Below are positions 1 through 9,900 of a stretch of DNA of 64,000 nt, piece after piece; positions within the stretch are counted from its first letter, which is position 1, and every line of letters begins with the position of its first letter. Both the position numbers and the translations under genes were made by a program. Below the pieces are notes generated by a model that saw only the letters and a program-made list of their open reading frames with translations, was not told the DNA's origin and ran no database searches. The stretch is from Vulcanimicrobiaceae bacterium (GTDB taxonomy: Bacteria; Vulcanimicrobiota; Vulcanimicrobiia; Vulcanimicrobiales; Vulcanimicrobiaceae): positions 2,454-66,453 of the forward strand of contig DATBTT010000048.1 of the NCBI GenBank assembly GCA_036559125.1. Reading direction: 5' to 3'.

Positions 1-1316
1 TCCTCACCGAGGGATTCGTGGCGCGTGTATCCGCCGAACGCGACTTCGCTATTTGCGCTCACGCGTTCCCACGAGAGCGAAAGATTGTCGCGCTTGTCGC
101 GATGCGTGACGTCGTAGGGTGAAGCGCCGCCGCCGACGAGGTTCACGTCATTGTTCGACGCGCTGCCTTCGTAGACCAGCGATCCCGCTCCCAGCGGCGC
201 ACGGCCATGCAGGTCGTACGCGCGAATCGTCTGCGCGAAGGTCGCAGCCCCGGGTCCAATAACGTTACTGCCGGGGCCCTGCCTGGCGGGATCGACGGGT
301 GAATTGTAATTCGCGCTTTCGTCGCGATTGTTGCCCAGCGCGAAGACGCGCACGCCGACATCGGCGTTCGGCGAAAAGGACCAGGAGAAATTGCCGAGGA
401 CCGACCGGCTACCGACGCTCGACCCGAGATGCATTGGAGACGTAGCGCTGCATGGGTCCGCAGGCGGTTGTGCGACGCAGAGTTGACCGGTTTGGTCGAC
501 ATAACCGCGCTCTTGCTGATCGTCGATCGCCGCTGCGTAACCAAAACGTCCGCGCGTTCCGGTGGCGTTATACCAAGCTTCGGTTTGCCCGAACGAGCCG
601 GCCGAAATTGAGTATGCGCTATGCGCGTCGTGCGTCGGATGCAGCGATAAAATATTGACCGCTCCGCCGATCGTATTGCTGCCCTCGGTATCGCTCGGCC
701 CAAGCCCTTCGGTAACGGCCACATTGGAGAACGCGGCGACCGGGAAACGGGAGAGATCGAGATCGCCGGTATTTCCATCGTTGAGAATCTGTCCGTCGAG
801 CGCGATCAACGTCTCGGAGGGGTCGGGCCCGCGCAGGGCCACCAGCGAGGCGGCGGCAGCACCTCCGCCGTCGGGTCGCGCGAACGTCACCGACGGAATG
901 CTGGCCAATGCATCCACCAACCGGCTTGTCCCCGCGCGTTCCATCGACGCACGGCTAATGTTGGTGGTCGGCACCAGAGAGCGGGACGGCACGAACGCAC
1001 CGTTCACCTCGACGCTGCCGATGACGCGCAAGCTGGGACTGTCCACTGGTTCTAGCGTGACCTCCACGGCTTCGTCGCGATCGACGAGCAACGCGCCCAC
1101 CTCGGTGGTCGTGTAGCCGCGCGCCGATGCGTCAATGTCGTAGCGTCCGGCATCCACGCGCGTGCTAAATGCACCCGTCGAATCCGTCTTTAGTGTTTGG
1201 CCGCCTTCGTGATGCGAAGCGCGGACGGCTATCGTGGCGTCGGGAACCGGTGCCCCGGTAGAGTTACGAACGTGGCCGCTAAGCAGGCAGCACGCGGTTA
1301 TGGTCGCGAGAATCAT
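1..1316 (-). CDS. TonB-dependent receptor-like outer-membrane protein, N-terminal part (CDS runs off the left window edge)
   Basis: Absent from the ORF track, probably because no stop lies inside the window. Hand translation of the minus strand from ATG (1316-1314) gives MILATITACCLLSGHVRNSTGAPVPDATIAV... (carboxypeptidase-regulatory-like fold). A plug-like segment follows: LVALRGPDPSETLIALDGQILNDGNTGDLDLSRFPVAAFSNVAVTEGLGPSDTEGSNTIGGAVNILSL. The frame appeared open down to position 1 when read by hand. Confidence 0.55.
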   Translation of the reverse strand, partial: MILATITACCLLSGHVRNSTGAPVPDATIAVRASHHEGGQTLKTDSTGAFSTRVDAGRYDIDASARGYTTTEVGALLVDRDEAVEVTLEPVDSPSLRVIGSVEVNGAFVPSRSLVPTTNISRASMERAGTSRLVDALASIPSVTFARPDGGGAAAASLVALRGPDPSETLIALDGQILNDGNTGDLDLSRFPVAAFSNVAVTEGLGPSDTEGSNTIGGAVNILSLHPTHDAHSAYSISAGSFGQTEAWYNATGTRGRFGYAAAIDDQQERGYVDQTGQLCVAQPPADPCSATSPMHLGSSVGSRSVLGNFSWSFSPNADVGVRVFALGNNRDESANYNSPVDPARQGPGSNVIGPGAATFAQTIRAYDLHGRAPLGAGSLVYEGSASNNDVNLVGGGASPYDVTHRDKRDNLSLSWERVSANSEVAFGGYTRHESLGE

Positions 1317-1381
1317 TAGCGAAACCGTACCGAGCCGACCTGGGGCCTTCCTGCGAAAGGTATGGGCTTAGACCGGCACGA

Positions 1382-1828
1382 TCAACGCGCCGGGTCGCGG
1401 CTGCGTTCTTTTTGCCACTCTTGCTCGACAAAATCGCGAAGTTCGTCCAAGAAGCGGTTCGCGGTATGCTGCGCCAGATGGCGCCCGATGACCCGATCGA
1501 ACGCTTCTCCGAACAAACCGAGCGGCGGCACATACGTGCCCTCCATTCGCAGTTCCGTCGCGGGGCCATTGGGCCGCACGGTGATCAGGCCGCTCATGAC
1601 GGGGAGCGGCATCCGCGTCGGTGCCTTCCACTTCAGTAGAAGCGCTTCATGAATGCGCGTCTCGTCGGTTCGATCGGGAACCTCGGCGAGTTCCCACTGA
1701 ACGTGCGTGCGAATGCTCGGGAGCGGACCCACAAGTTGCTTCGCGCCGCTGGTATGCAGGCGTTCGATCATCTCAAGCGTGGCGCTGAACGGACAAAGCG
1801 CGTCACGTTTCGCGTAGACTTGCGTCAT
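1382..1828 (-). CDS. hypothetical protein, possibly SRPBCC/START-like fold
   Basis: 148-aa ORF with protein-like composition, co-directional with the receptor gene. No diagnostic motif recognised. Confidence 0.4.
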   Translation of the reverse strand: MTQVYAKRDALCPFSATLEMIERLHTSGAKQLVGPLPSIRTHVQWELAEVPDRTDETRIHEALLLKWKAPTRMPLPVMSGLITVRPNGPATELRMEGTYVPPLGLFGEAFDRVIGRHLAQHTANRFLDELRDFVEQEWQKERSRDPAR

Positions 1829-2008
1829 CGAGCGTAGCGCTTCACTGGGTCCATTCTTTGACTAAGGAGCCGCTCGCTCGCAGATGAGTCGTTCGGCATT
1901 TCTCGTATGTTCAAGCACATTCGCCCTTCTTATAACAGTATAGGCTTCGACGACATCTTCGACCTACTATAAAAGCTCTGGAAACTGCGTGCTGAAAATG
2001 AAATCACC

Positions 2009-2965
2009 ATGACGCTTGATACGCCCGGGTTCTGGCCCGCGCTTCCATACGACGAGATCGCGCCGACCCTCGAACATCTGCATCGGCTCGCGCAAATCGG
2101 CGCTAAATACACGCTCGACCAACCATTCCATCCGAATTGGGGCAACATCACGCTTTCGATTACGCCGCGAGGCTTTGCCACGCCGACGCTGTGGGCGGGA
2201 GATACCGCGTTCCGGGTCGAGTACGCAATCCTCGACGATCGAGTTACAGTAACGGCGTCGACGGGTCAAATCTCGCTTCCGCTTGCCGCAGGCAGCGTCG
2301 CGGATTTCTATAAGAGATTTGTCGAGGCGGTATCGCAACTGCGAATCGCGGCGCCGCGTACCGTGTTGGAAACGGAGATCGCCGATGCGTTGCATTTCGA
2401 TACCGACACGGAGACTCGCCCGTACGACACCGCGGCGGCTCGTAGCGTATGGGCCGCTTTCGCGTGCGCGTCCCGCGCTTTGGATGAGTGGCAAGCGCCG
2501 TTTCGCGGACCGTGGCCTCCGGTGGGCATCATGTGGGGCGGTTTCGACTTGTACGCTCCGCGCTATAACGGCCGGCAAATTGCGCCGCCGGGCGATGCGC
2601 CGGCATTTCAGCAAAATGGCATGATGGCTGAGGTGGTCGCGGTTGGCCTAAGCCTTGGTGACCGGCAGTCTCGCGCCGCAAGTTTCTTTGCCTACGTCTC
2701 GCCGCCGCCGGAGGGTATCGCGACGGCTAATTTCGGCGTCAGCGGCGCCGCGTATGACGCAAAGGCAGGGCTCGTGAGCCTTCCGTGGGACACCGTCCGC
2801 GCTGCCGAAGATCCGCGCGGGACCGTGGTTAGGTTTGCCGACGCCGTGTACGATGTAGCGGTCAAACTCGGCGGGTGGCCCCCTGACTGGACCGGCACCC
2901 GGCACGACGGCTGGTACGCGTCGTCGCATTCGCTTTGGGTTGCGGCGGAGCCGCGACAGTTATAG
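2009..2965 (+). CDS. DUF5996-like protein
   Basis: 318-aa ORF. The N-terminus ([48 protein letters not shown]) resembles the conserved start of the DUF5996 family, recalled from memory. Confidence 0.55.
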   Translation: MTLDTPGFWPALPYDEIAPTLEHLHRLAQIGAKYTLDQPFHPNWGNITLSITPRGFATPTLWAGDTAFRVEYAILDDRVTVTASTGQISLPLAAGSVADFYKRFVEAVSQLRIAAPRTVLETEIADALHFDTDTETRPYDTAAARSVWAAFACASRALDEWQAPFRGPWPPVGIMWGGFDLYAPRYNGRQIAPPGDAPAFQQNGMMAEVVAVGLSLGDRQSRAASFFAYVSPPPEGIATANFGVSGAAYDAKAGLVSLPWDTVRAAEDPRGTVVRFADAVYDVAVKLGGWPPDWTGTRHDGWYASSHSLWVAAEPRQL

Positions 2966-3430
2966 TCCGAGATCCGATAGGCCGGGGGAATCTACCGGTC
3001 GCGGGCCCCACGGTTCCCATAGAAATTTGCGTTGGTTTTCGTTGATGGGAATATCGTTTATGCTTGCTTCGCGGCGGCGCATCAATCCGCTCGGGTCGAA
3101 TTCCCACTGTTCGTTTCCGTGCGCGCGATACCAGGTGTTCGACTCGTCGTGATATTCGTATTGAAATCGGACCGCGATGCGATTGTCGTGAAACGCCCAT
3201 AGTTCTTTGATGAGCCGGTAGTCGAGTTCGCGCGCCCACTTGCGTCGCAGGAATGCGACGATCGCATCCCGCCCCGAAAAGAACTCGGCGCGGTTACGCC
3301 AGCGACTGTCTTCGGTGTACGCTAGAGAAACGCGCTCGGGATCGCGCGTATTCCAAGCGTCTTCCGCCGTCCGGACTTTCAACACGGCGGTCTCATAGTT
3401 AAAGGGTGGCAGCGGTGGACGACCAGTCAT
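2960..3430 (-). CDS. DUF1348 / NTF2-like (SnoaL-like) family protein
   Basis: 156-aa [76 protein letters not shown] is typical of DUF1348. Confidence 0.7.
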   Translation of the reverse strand: MTGRPPLPPFNYETAVLKVRTAEDAWNTRDPERVSLAYTEDSRWRNRAEFFSGRDAIVAFLRRKWARELDYRLIKELWAFHDNRIAVRFQYEYHDESNTWYRAHGNEQWEFDPSGLMRRREASINDIPINENQRKFLWEPWGPRPVDSPGLSDLGL

Positions 3431-3434
3431 CGGT

Positions 3435-3914
3435 CTACTCTTTGTCGAAGGCCGCCTGTAGGCGGGCGATGTCCATTTTGTCCATTTGCAGCATCGCTTT
3501 CATGACGTTGTTTGTCTTTCGACCGTCGTCGTCGCTCATGAGATCGCCTAAGATGGTAGGCACGATTTGCCAGGTCACGCCGTATTTGTCCGTGAGCCAT
3601 CCGCAGCGGCTTTTTTCTCCGCCTTCGGACAACTTTTCCCAAAAGTGGTCAACCTCGCCCTGGGTTTCGCAGTGTACCATAAACGAGATCGCCGGGGAAA
3701 ACTTGAATTCCGGGCTGCTACCACCGTTTATTGCCAAGAAGGGTTGTCCGTCGAGGGAAAACGACGCGACCATTACCGATCCCGGACGCCCCGGGCCGGC
3801 CTCGCTGTAGCGCGAAACGTTTTCAACCTTCGAGTTTTTGAAGATCGACATGTAAAAATTCATGGCCTCTTCGGCTTGATTGTCAAACCACAAAAATGGC
3901 GTGATCCCTTGCAT
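3435..3914 (-). CDS. VOC-superfamily protein (PhnB / 3-demethylubiquinone-9 methyltransferase-like domain)
   Basis: 159-aa [25 protein letters not shown]...[16 protein letters not shown] is the hallmark of this family. Confidence 0.75.
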   Translation of the reverse strand: MQGITPFLWFDNQAEEAMNFYMSIFKNSKVENVSRYSEAGPGRPGSVMVASFSLDGQPFLAINGGSSPEFKFSPAISFMVHCETQGEVDHFWEKLSEGGEKSRCGWLTDKYGVTWQIVPTILGDLMSDDDGRKTNNVMKAMLQMDKMDIARLQAAFDKE

Positions 3915-3915
3915 G

Positions 3916-4296
3916 TTAGTCTACCTTTCGCACAAAGAGAGGCGCAACGTTCGCTCGCACGGACCACGCCACGACGAACCACAGGATGGTCACGATGATC
4001 GGTAACGGCAAGCCTTGCGGCATCATCGTGATGTGGTACGTCAAGATGTTGAGCAGCTCGCCCGCAAGGAGCACGAGCGCTAAGACGACGTAGCGATTGG
4101 CGAGCAGCATCACGCCTGCGATGACTTGAATGCCCGTAGTGAGATACACATAGTGCGTCTTCATGAGGATGCCGAGAAATATACCCGCATCTCCGGGTAT
4201 TGGTGGTTCGGGCAGGAATGCATAGAAACCGTTGAGCCCGAGTATGACGAAGATCAACCCTAAAAGCACGCGAACGACGACCACTGCTATTCTCAT
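3916..4296 (-). CDS. DoxX-like small membrane protein
   Basis: The track ORF is 3916-4434. The hydrophobic core starts at the internal Met, MRIAVVVVRVLLGLIFVILGLNGF (start 4296). About four TM helices. Divergent from an HxlR regulator, which is a common pairing. Confidence 0.55.
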   Translation of the reverse strand: MRIAVVVVRVLLGLIFVILGLNGFYAFLPEPPIPGDAGIFLGILMKTHYVYLTTGIQVIAGVMLLANRYVVLALVLLAGELLNILTYHITMMPQGLPLPIIVTILWFVVAWSVRANVAPLFVRKVD

Positions 4297-4470
4297 ACGC
4301 CGGCCTTCCTTTCGTTGCCGGTCGCGGACCAAACCACTGACTCTTGCATCCTCGAACCTCCCAGTAACTAGTTGCGCGAGCAAGTCTCGCGCCGGTATGG
4401 GCGTTATTCTAAATCGTTCACTTCTAAAAAGCAAGTACTATGCAAGATAGCAAGGCTGTGATAGAGTTGG

Positions 4471-5115
4471 ATGGTGGCTACCCGTGCCTACGGGCAATAT
4501 TGCGGCTTCGCTCGCGCGATCGAGTTGATCGGCGAGCGCTGGGCCATGCTCCTCATTCGCGACCTGCTCGTTGGGCCCAAGCGCTTCACCGATCTTCAGC
4601 GCGGCCTACCGAAAATCCCAAGCAACGTCCTTACTACGCGCCTGAAAGAACTCGAAGAAAGCGGCATCGTCCGCCGGCGCGCCCAGCCTCGCCCTGCAGG
4701 CGGGATCGCGTACGAGTTGACCGAGGACGGGCAAGATCTCGAAAAAGCGGTGATCGCGCTCGGCCGATGGGGCGCTAAGCACCTCGACGACGTGCGACCC
4801 GATGAAATCGTCACCGATGATTCGATGGCGATGGCGTTGCGCACGACGTTTCGCCCCGAGGCGGCTGCAAGGGACGACATTGCGTTCGAGCTACGCCTTG
4901 GCGAGGTCGTGGTGAATGCGAAGGTCCGTAAAGGCACGATCGTTGTCGGAAGAGGTCCGCTGCCCGCGCCCGACCTCGTCATCGAATCAGGGCCCGCCAT
5001 CCGCGCGCTCATGGCCGGCGAAATCACGCCGAAACAAGCACTGAAAGACGGCACGATACACGTGCGAGGAAAGCGGGCGCTGCTCGATCGCTTCGTCGCG
5101 ATCTTCAGGATTTAG
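4471..5115 (+). CDS. HxlR-family winged-helix transcriptional regulator with C-terminal SCP2-like extension
   Basis: YCGFARAIELIGERWAMLLIRDLLVGPKRFTDLQRGLPKIPSNVLTTRLKELEESGIV is the canonical HxlR motif. Confidence 0.85.
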   Translation: MVATRAYGQYCGFARAIELIGERWAMLLIRDLLVGPKRFTDLQRGLPKIPSNVLTTRLKELEESGIVRRRAQPRPAGGIAYELTEDGQDLEKAVIALGRWGAKHLDDVRPDEIVTDDSMAMALRTTFRPEAAARDDIAFELRLGEVVVNAKVRKGTIVVGRGPLPAPDLVIESGPAIRALMAGEITPKQALKDGTIHVRGKRALLDRFVAIFRI

Positions 5116-5137
5116 ACGAACGCGCGCCACGCACGTG

Positions 5138-5195
5138 CTTCGACAAGCTCAGCATGACGGCGCAAACCCGTCACCCTGAGCCTGTCGAAGGGTGG
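5138..5195. repeat. REP-like inverted pair (arms 5138-5158 and 5170-5190, 18/21 complementary)
   Basis: cttcgacaagctcagcatgac ... gtcaccctgagcctgtcgaag(ggtgg). It fills the gap between the convergent HxlR and helicase stops and abuts the helicase stop codon. Confidence 0.8.
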
Positions 5196-6908
5196 TTATT
5201 TTCCGCGATCGAGGCGCGCGGATACTTTCTTGCCGCGGATGGTCGTGCCGCGTAGCGCTTTGATGATACCGTCGGCAGCCGCTGTGGGCACCTCGACGAG
5301 GGAAAACTTGTCGGCCACGTCGATGGAACCTATTTCTCGCGAATCGATGCGCGCTTCGTTCGCAATGGCGCCGACGAGATCGGCCGGTCGCACGCCGGCG
5401 TTGCGCCCTAGTCCGACGTAGATTTTCGTAATGTCTTGCGAGCCCGCGCGGTGACGCGCCGGTGCGGAATGCGCGCGCTCTTTCGGAACTAAAAACGTCG
5501 CGACCGTCGGAATGTCGGCGGCGTCTTTTTCAGCACCGTCGCGCCCCTGATCTGCGAGCTTCACCGCGGCGGCGGCTAGATCGATGATATCGTGTTCGGC
5601 GGCTAGCGATTCAACGACGAGCCGATATTTTTCGAGACCTCCGCCGTCGATGGCGTCCTTGAGCGCAGAACGCGTTAGTTCCAAGCGCCGGGCGCGCAGA
5701 TCGTGCACGGTCGGCACGGACTCTATCGAAATCTTACGTTTGGTATGTTGCTCGATGTTGCGCAGCAACCGATGCTCGCGTGCCTCGGCCAGCGTGATGG
5801 CGACGCCTTCGCGCCCGGCGCGGCCCGTGCGTCCGATGCGATGAACGTACGCGTCCGGCGACGACGGGACGTCGAAATTGACGACGTGCGAGAGATGCTC
5901 GATGTCGAGTCCGCGTGCGGCCACGTCGGTGGCGACGAGAATTTCCGAAACGCCTTCTCTGAAGCGGCGCAGCACGCGGTCGCGCTGTTCTTGCGAGAGC
6001 CCACCGTGAATCGCCTCGGCCTGGTATCCGCGTCCGCCGAGCGTTTCGGTCAGCTCGTCGACTTCGGTTCGCGTCCGGCAAAAGATGATCGCCGACGTCG
6101 GCGCCTCCATGTCGATGACGCGAGCGAGCGCGGCGGTTTTGTGCGCGCGCTGCACCACGTAGGCTACCTCGCGAATACGCGGTTTCTTGCCGGGCGCCGC
6201 CGTTTCGTTCGCGATGGTCACCTGCACGGGCTGGCGCAGATAGCGTTTGGAAATGGCGCGAATGCGCGGCGCCAACGTCGCCGAAAATAGCGCCGTCTGC
6301 CGCTCGACCGGGACGGCGGCAACGATTGCTTCGAGCTCGTCGGCAAATCCCATATCCAGCATCTCGTCGGCTTCGTCCAGCACGAGAAATTCAACGGTTC
6401 CAAGTTCGAGCGTTCCGCGACGTATGTGATCGAGCGCGCGCCCGGGCGTGGCGACGATCACGTCGACGCCGCGTCGCAACGCGCGCAATTGTTGCGACAG
6501 CGATTGGCCACCGTAAATCGGCAGAACGCTTACTTCGAGCAGACGGCCGTAGCGATGCACCGCCTCCGCAACCTGCATCGCAAGCTCGCGCGTCGGGACC
6601 AAAATAAGCGCGCGCACCGCATGCGTCTCGTGCTTTGCGGTGCCTATATGGTGGAGCAGCGGTAATGCGAACGCGGCCGTCTTGCCGGTACCGGTCGCAG
6701 CCTGTCCGAGAACGTCGCGCCGCTCGAGGAGCGGCGGAATGGCCTCGCGCTGGATGGCCGTAGGCTCTTCATAGCCCAGCGCGGTCGCTGCGCTGACCAG
6801 CCCCGCAAGCAGGCCCAGCCCGCCGAAGCCCTCGCTAGCTAGCTGAGGAGCTGCGCCACGATCTTCATTAGTTATCACGATTTCGAGTGATTCGCTCTCG
6901 CCCGCCAC
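5196..6908 (-). CDS. DEAD-box ATP-dependent RNA helicase (DeaD/CsdA-like, with DbpA-type C-terminal RNA-binding domain)
   Basis: Motifs seen: Q motif (FEEPTAIQREAIP), Walker A (AATGTGKTAAF), DEAD (VLDEADEM), SAT (FSAT), HRIGRTGRAG. The C-terminal end reads KIYVGLGRNAGVRPADLVGAI. Confidence 0.9.
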   Translation of the reverse strand: MAGESESLEIVITNEDRGAAPQLASEGFGGLGLLAGLVSAATALGYEEPTAIQREAIPPLLERRDVLGQAATGTGKTAAFALPLLHHIGTAKHETHAVRALILVPTRELAMQVAEAVHRYGRLLEVSVLPIYGGQSLSQQLRALRRGVDVIVATPGRALDHIRRGTLELGTVEFLVLDEADEMLDMGFADELEAIVAAVPVERQTALFSATLAPRIRAISKRYLRQPVQVTIANETAAPGKKPRIREVAYVVQRAHKTAALARVIDMEAPTSAIIFCRTRTEVDELTETLGGRGYQAEAIHGGLSQEQRDRVLRRFREGVSEILVATDVAARGLDIEHLSHVVNFDVPSSPDAYVHRIGRTGRAGREGVAITLAEAREHRLLRNIEQHTKRKISIESVPTVHDLRARRLELTRSALKDAIDGGGLEKYRLVVESLAAEHDIIDLAAAAVKLADQGRDGAEKDAADIPTVATFLVPKERAHSAPARHRAGSQDITKIYVGLGRNAGVRPADLVGAIANEARIDSREIGSIDVADKFSLVEVPTAAADGIIKALRGTTIRGKKVSARLDRGK

Positions 6909-6996
6909 TTAGCCGTTTACGCCTTTTCACGAATTTGACAATTCGGAAATCGCGGTTCGCTGGTCCGCCGCTTCCACTCTAAGCTACACTACCTGC

Positions 6997-9900
6997 ATGG
7001 ATGCGCTGGGAGAATGGAATCTCCGCGCACGGGGGTCCGCGGACGCATCGCTTATCGCACGCCCGCGGCTCGTGCAATCGATTCGCGACGCGATGCTTTT
7101 TAGAGTCGCGCTATTACGCGCGCCCGTCGGATATGGGAAAACCATCGCGCTCGACGAGACGTTTCGTGGATGGACGCAGCCCCTCGTGCGGTTCGACTGC
7201 AGCGGGCACACCGATTCTCTGTGCGCGTTCGTGCGCGATCTATCCGAGGCTCTTTCAACGCTGAGTCCGAGCGCGCGTCTGTCGTTCGCGGGCGCGTACG
7301 AACGCGCGATCGAGTCGACGACGTGCGAACAGAACCTGTCGGCGTGGCTGGTGGAGCATCTACGAGGCCTCGGCGCGACCATCGTCATCGACCAGCTTCA
7401 TTTTGCGGCCAACGTGCCGGGCGTCGCCGCGTTCCTCGCGCGCGTGGTGGAAATGACCGGCGACGAGGTTCGGTGGGTTTTCGCGTCCCGCACCGATTTC
7501 GATCTGCCCGTTCCGCGCTGGCTTGCGGATCGTCTCATGGATTTGCCGGTCGACGCGGCCGCGATGCAATTCGACATGGCCGAGGCGGCGCGGGCCGCGC
7601 GCAACGTCGGAGCCAAGCTGTCGCAGGAAACGCTGCGCGACGTCTTAGATGCGAACGAAGGCTGGCCGACGGGCGTGATGTTTGCGTTGCGTTGGCGTGC
7701 TGCAAACCCGGGAGTAACGCAGGACGCGATCGGCGGCGCCTCTGCGTACGACGCCCTCGCGAAGAGCGTCTTGGCGCAACGGTCGCAACGCGAAAGCGCG
7801 TTTCTGCAAGCGACGTGCTTGCTGCCGAGCATGGACGCCGCCGTCTGCGCGGCCGCGGGCTGGGACGGCGCCGGCGAATTAATCGCAGGAATGGAGGCCG
7901 ATGCCGGCTTTATCTTCGTAAGCTCCGGCAGTAGCTGGCGCTATCACGACCGGTTCGCCGAATGCCTCGTCGCGCGACTGCGCGAACAGGGCGCCGATTC
8001 GTTCGCGGCGGCGGCCCGCGCGACGATCGCTGCGCTCGAGAAGGTTGGAGAACCCCGCGAAGCGCTTCGCATTGCGACGAAATACTGCGTTCCCGACCAA
8101 ATCGAACGTTTGTTGGACCGGCACGGGTTGCAGATGATCGCGCGCGGCGATGCGCATATCGTGAAAGCCGCGCTCGAAACGACGGACGTCGACGAAGCCG
8201 AATGCTCCGGAATCACACTCGCGCTCAAAGCGTTGTTCGAATCGCGCTCCGGGCGCTTCGACACGTCGGAGGCGTGGTTCCAGCTTGCAATGGCTCGCGT
8301 CGAGGAACCGGTTCTTCGCGCCGAAGTGGCGTATCTGTACGGCTGCGATCTTCAGCAGCGCCGCCGTCGCGATTCGGTTGAAATTCTCGCGCCGTACGCC
8401 GCGCTTGACGGCTTGCCGGTGCAACTTCGCGTGTCGCTACTGTCGACCTTGGCTCAAGGCCATCTGTTGTGCGGCAACTACGAGCTGGCAAATGCGTGCG
8501 TGAGCGAAGCGTTAGCCGCCGGGAAGAAGGTGCGTGACAAAGGAGCGTTAGCGAAACTCCACGTCCGCGCGGCGTATGTCGCGCTGTATTCCGGCAATCG
8601 CGTTCGCTCCAAGACGCTGGCTTTACGAGCGGCTCGTCATGGCGAAAGCGGCGGCGACTACCACGTCGCCTGCGGTTCGTACAGCATTTTGTACGCGCTC
8701 GCAGCCGACGCCGACGAGCCCGCGCGTTGTCTGGAGTTTCTCGCGCGCATTCGCGAGAACGGCGCGAAATGCGGCGATCCCCGATGGCAACTCTACGCCC
8801 TAATGGGAGCGTACGAACTCGAAGTCGAGCGCTGCGAGATCGACGCGGTGGCGTTGCTGCGGGCAGGACTCAAAGCTTTCGACGTACACTACGCGACGCT
8901 CGATTCGATGGAGGCATTGTTGCCCTCGCAGGCTCTGGAGCTTACGTGGAAGGGCAACTTTACCGATGCGCACCGTCTGCTGGCCCCGAGCGCGCGTCAA
9001 CAAGTCGAACCGGATCGCCAGGGATTGCGGTGGGCCGAGGTCGCGCTCTACGCGGCCGCTGCGGGACGCAAAAACGACGCGTCCGCGGCCGTGCGTTCGG
9101 TTCGCGCGGCTCTGAAAACGGCTGCGCCATCGGTGCGCGCGCGACGGGCGGAAATCCTCGCGTGTCTGGCGGTGCGATTGCTGGGCCGGACCCGAACGGC
9201 GGCAAGGCTTTTGGACGCCATCGCCGCGCAGCCGCCGCTTTCGCCGCGCCTTTCCGCCTTGACGGTCGCGGTACGCGAGTTGTGCCGCCGGCTCGACGGT
9301 GAATCGAATCGGCGGGAATTGACAGACGCGATGAGTGCACTGGTCGCGCTGGAAGCCGGCGGGCTCTCGCGGATGCTGCTCGCCATTCCGGGCGCTTGTG
9401 TCGCGCAAACCGCGCGTTACCGATCCGGCATCGCAAAGACGCTCGATTCCGATCGCGCCGATTGCGCCGCACACTTGTTGGAACGATCCGTCGCACCGGA
9501 AGAGCGTTCGATCGGCGTGCATCTCGCGACCGACGCGTTCGTAGAGCGACTCGTCGAATTTCTCGACGATCGTCGAACGAGCGAATTCGCGGCGTGGCTG
9601 GATGGGTTTCTGGATCGGTATGCCGACCTTGGTCCCGTCCGAGAAATCGTCTCGCACGGACCGGCGGCACTCGGCGAGTTTTTTGCCGAACGCGTGGCCG
9701 ATCGCGCGGGTTACGGCGACGCATTGCGCGCGCTCGATCCGCTCGTTCACGCCGCCACGCTACGTCCCCGTCGCAACGACGCCGGTCCTGAGGTTGAGAT
9801 TCTCGACGAAATCGATGCGGCGCTCAACGATCTGCTTTTCAAACTCGACCGTGCGGATCCGTTGACCGCCGAACACTCGCGAGCGGTCGCATCGTGGTCC

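Noticed and set aside
143-1116. Track ORFs 143-778 (minus, 211 aa) and 562-1116 (plus, 184 aa)
   Set aside because: Both are Arg/Ser/Pro-rich with no motifs. A different minus-strand frame, open from 1316 to the window edge, encodes a recognisable TonB-receptor plug. These two are shadow frames of that gene.
6931-6944. TTGACA within the palindrome GAATTTGACAATTC as the promoter of the STAND-HD-GYP gene
   Set aside because: No acceptable -10 hexamer lies at 16-19 nt spacing. It may instead relate to the divergent helicase leader, so it was left uncalled.
7170-9791. Many 100-316-aa ORFs on both strands inside 6997-10362 (for example 7170-7934 plus, 8800-9750 minus, 8960-9724 minus)
   Set aside because: Arg/Pro/Gly-rich translations typical of off-frame reading of GC-rich coding DNA. 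The 1121-aa frame carries P-loop and HD-GYP motifs.
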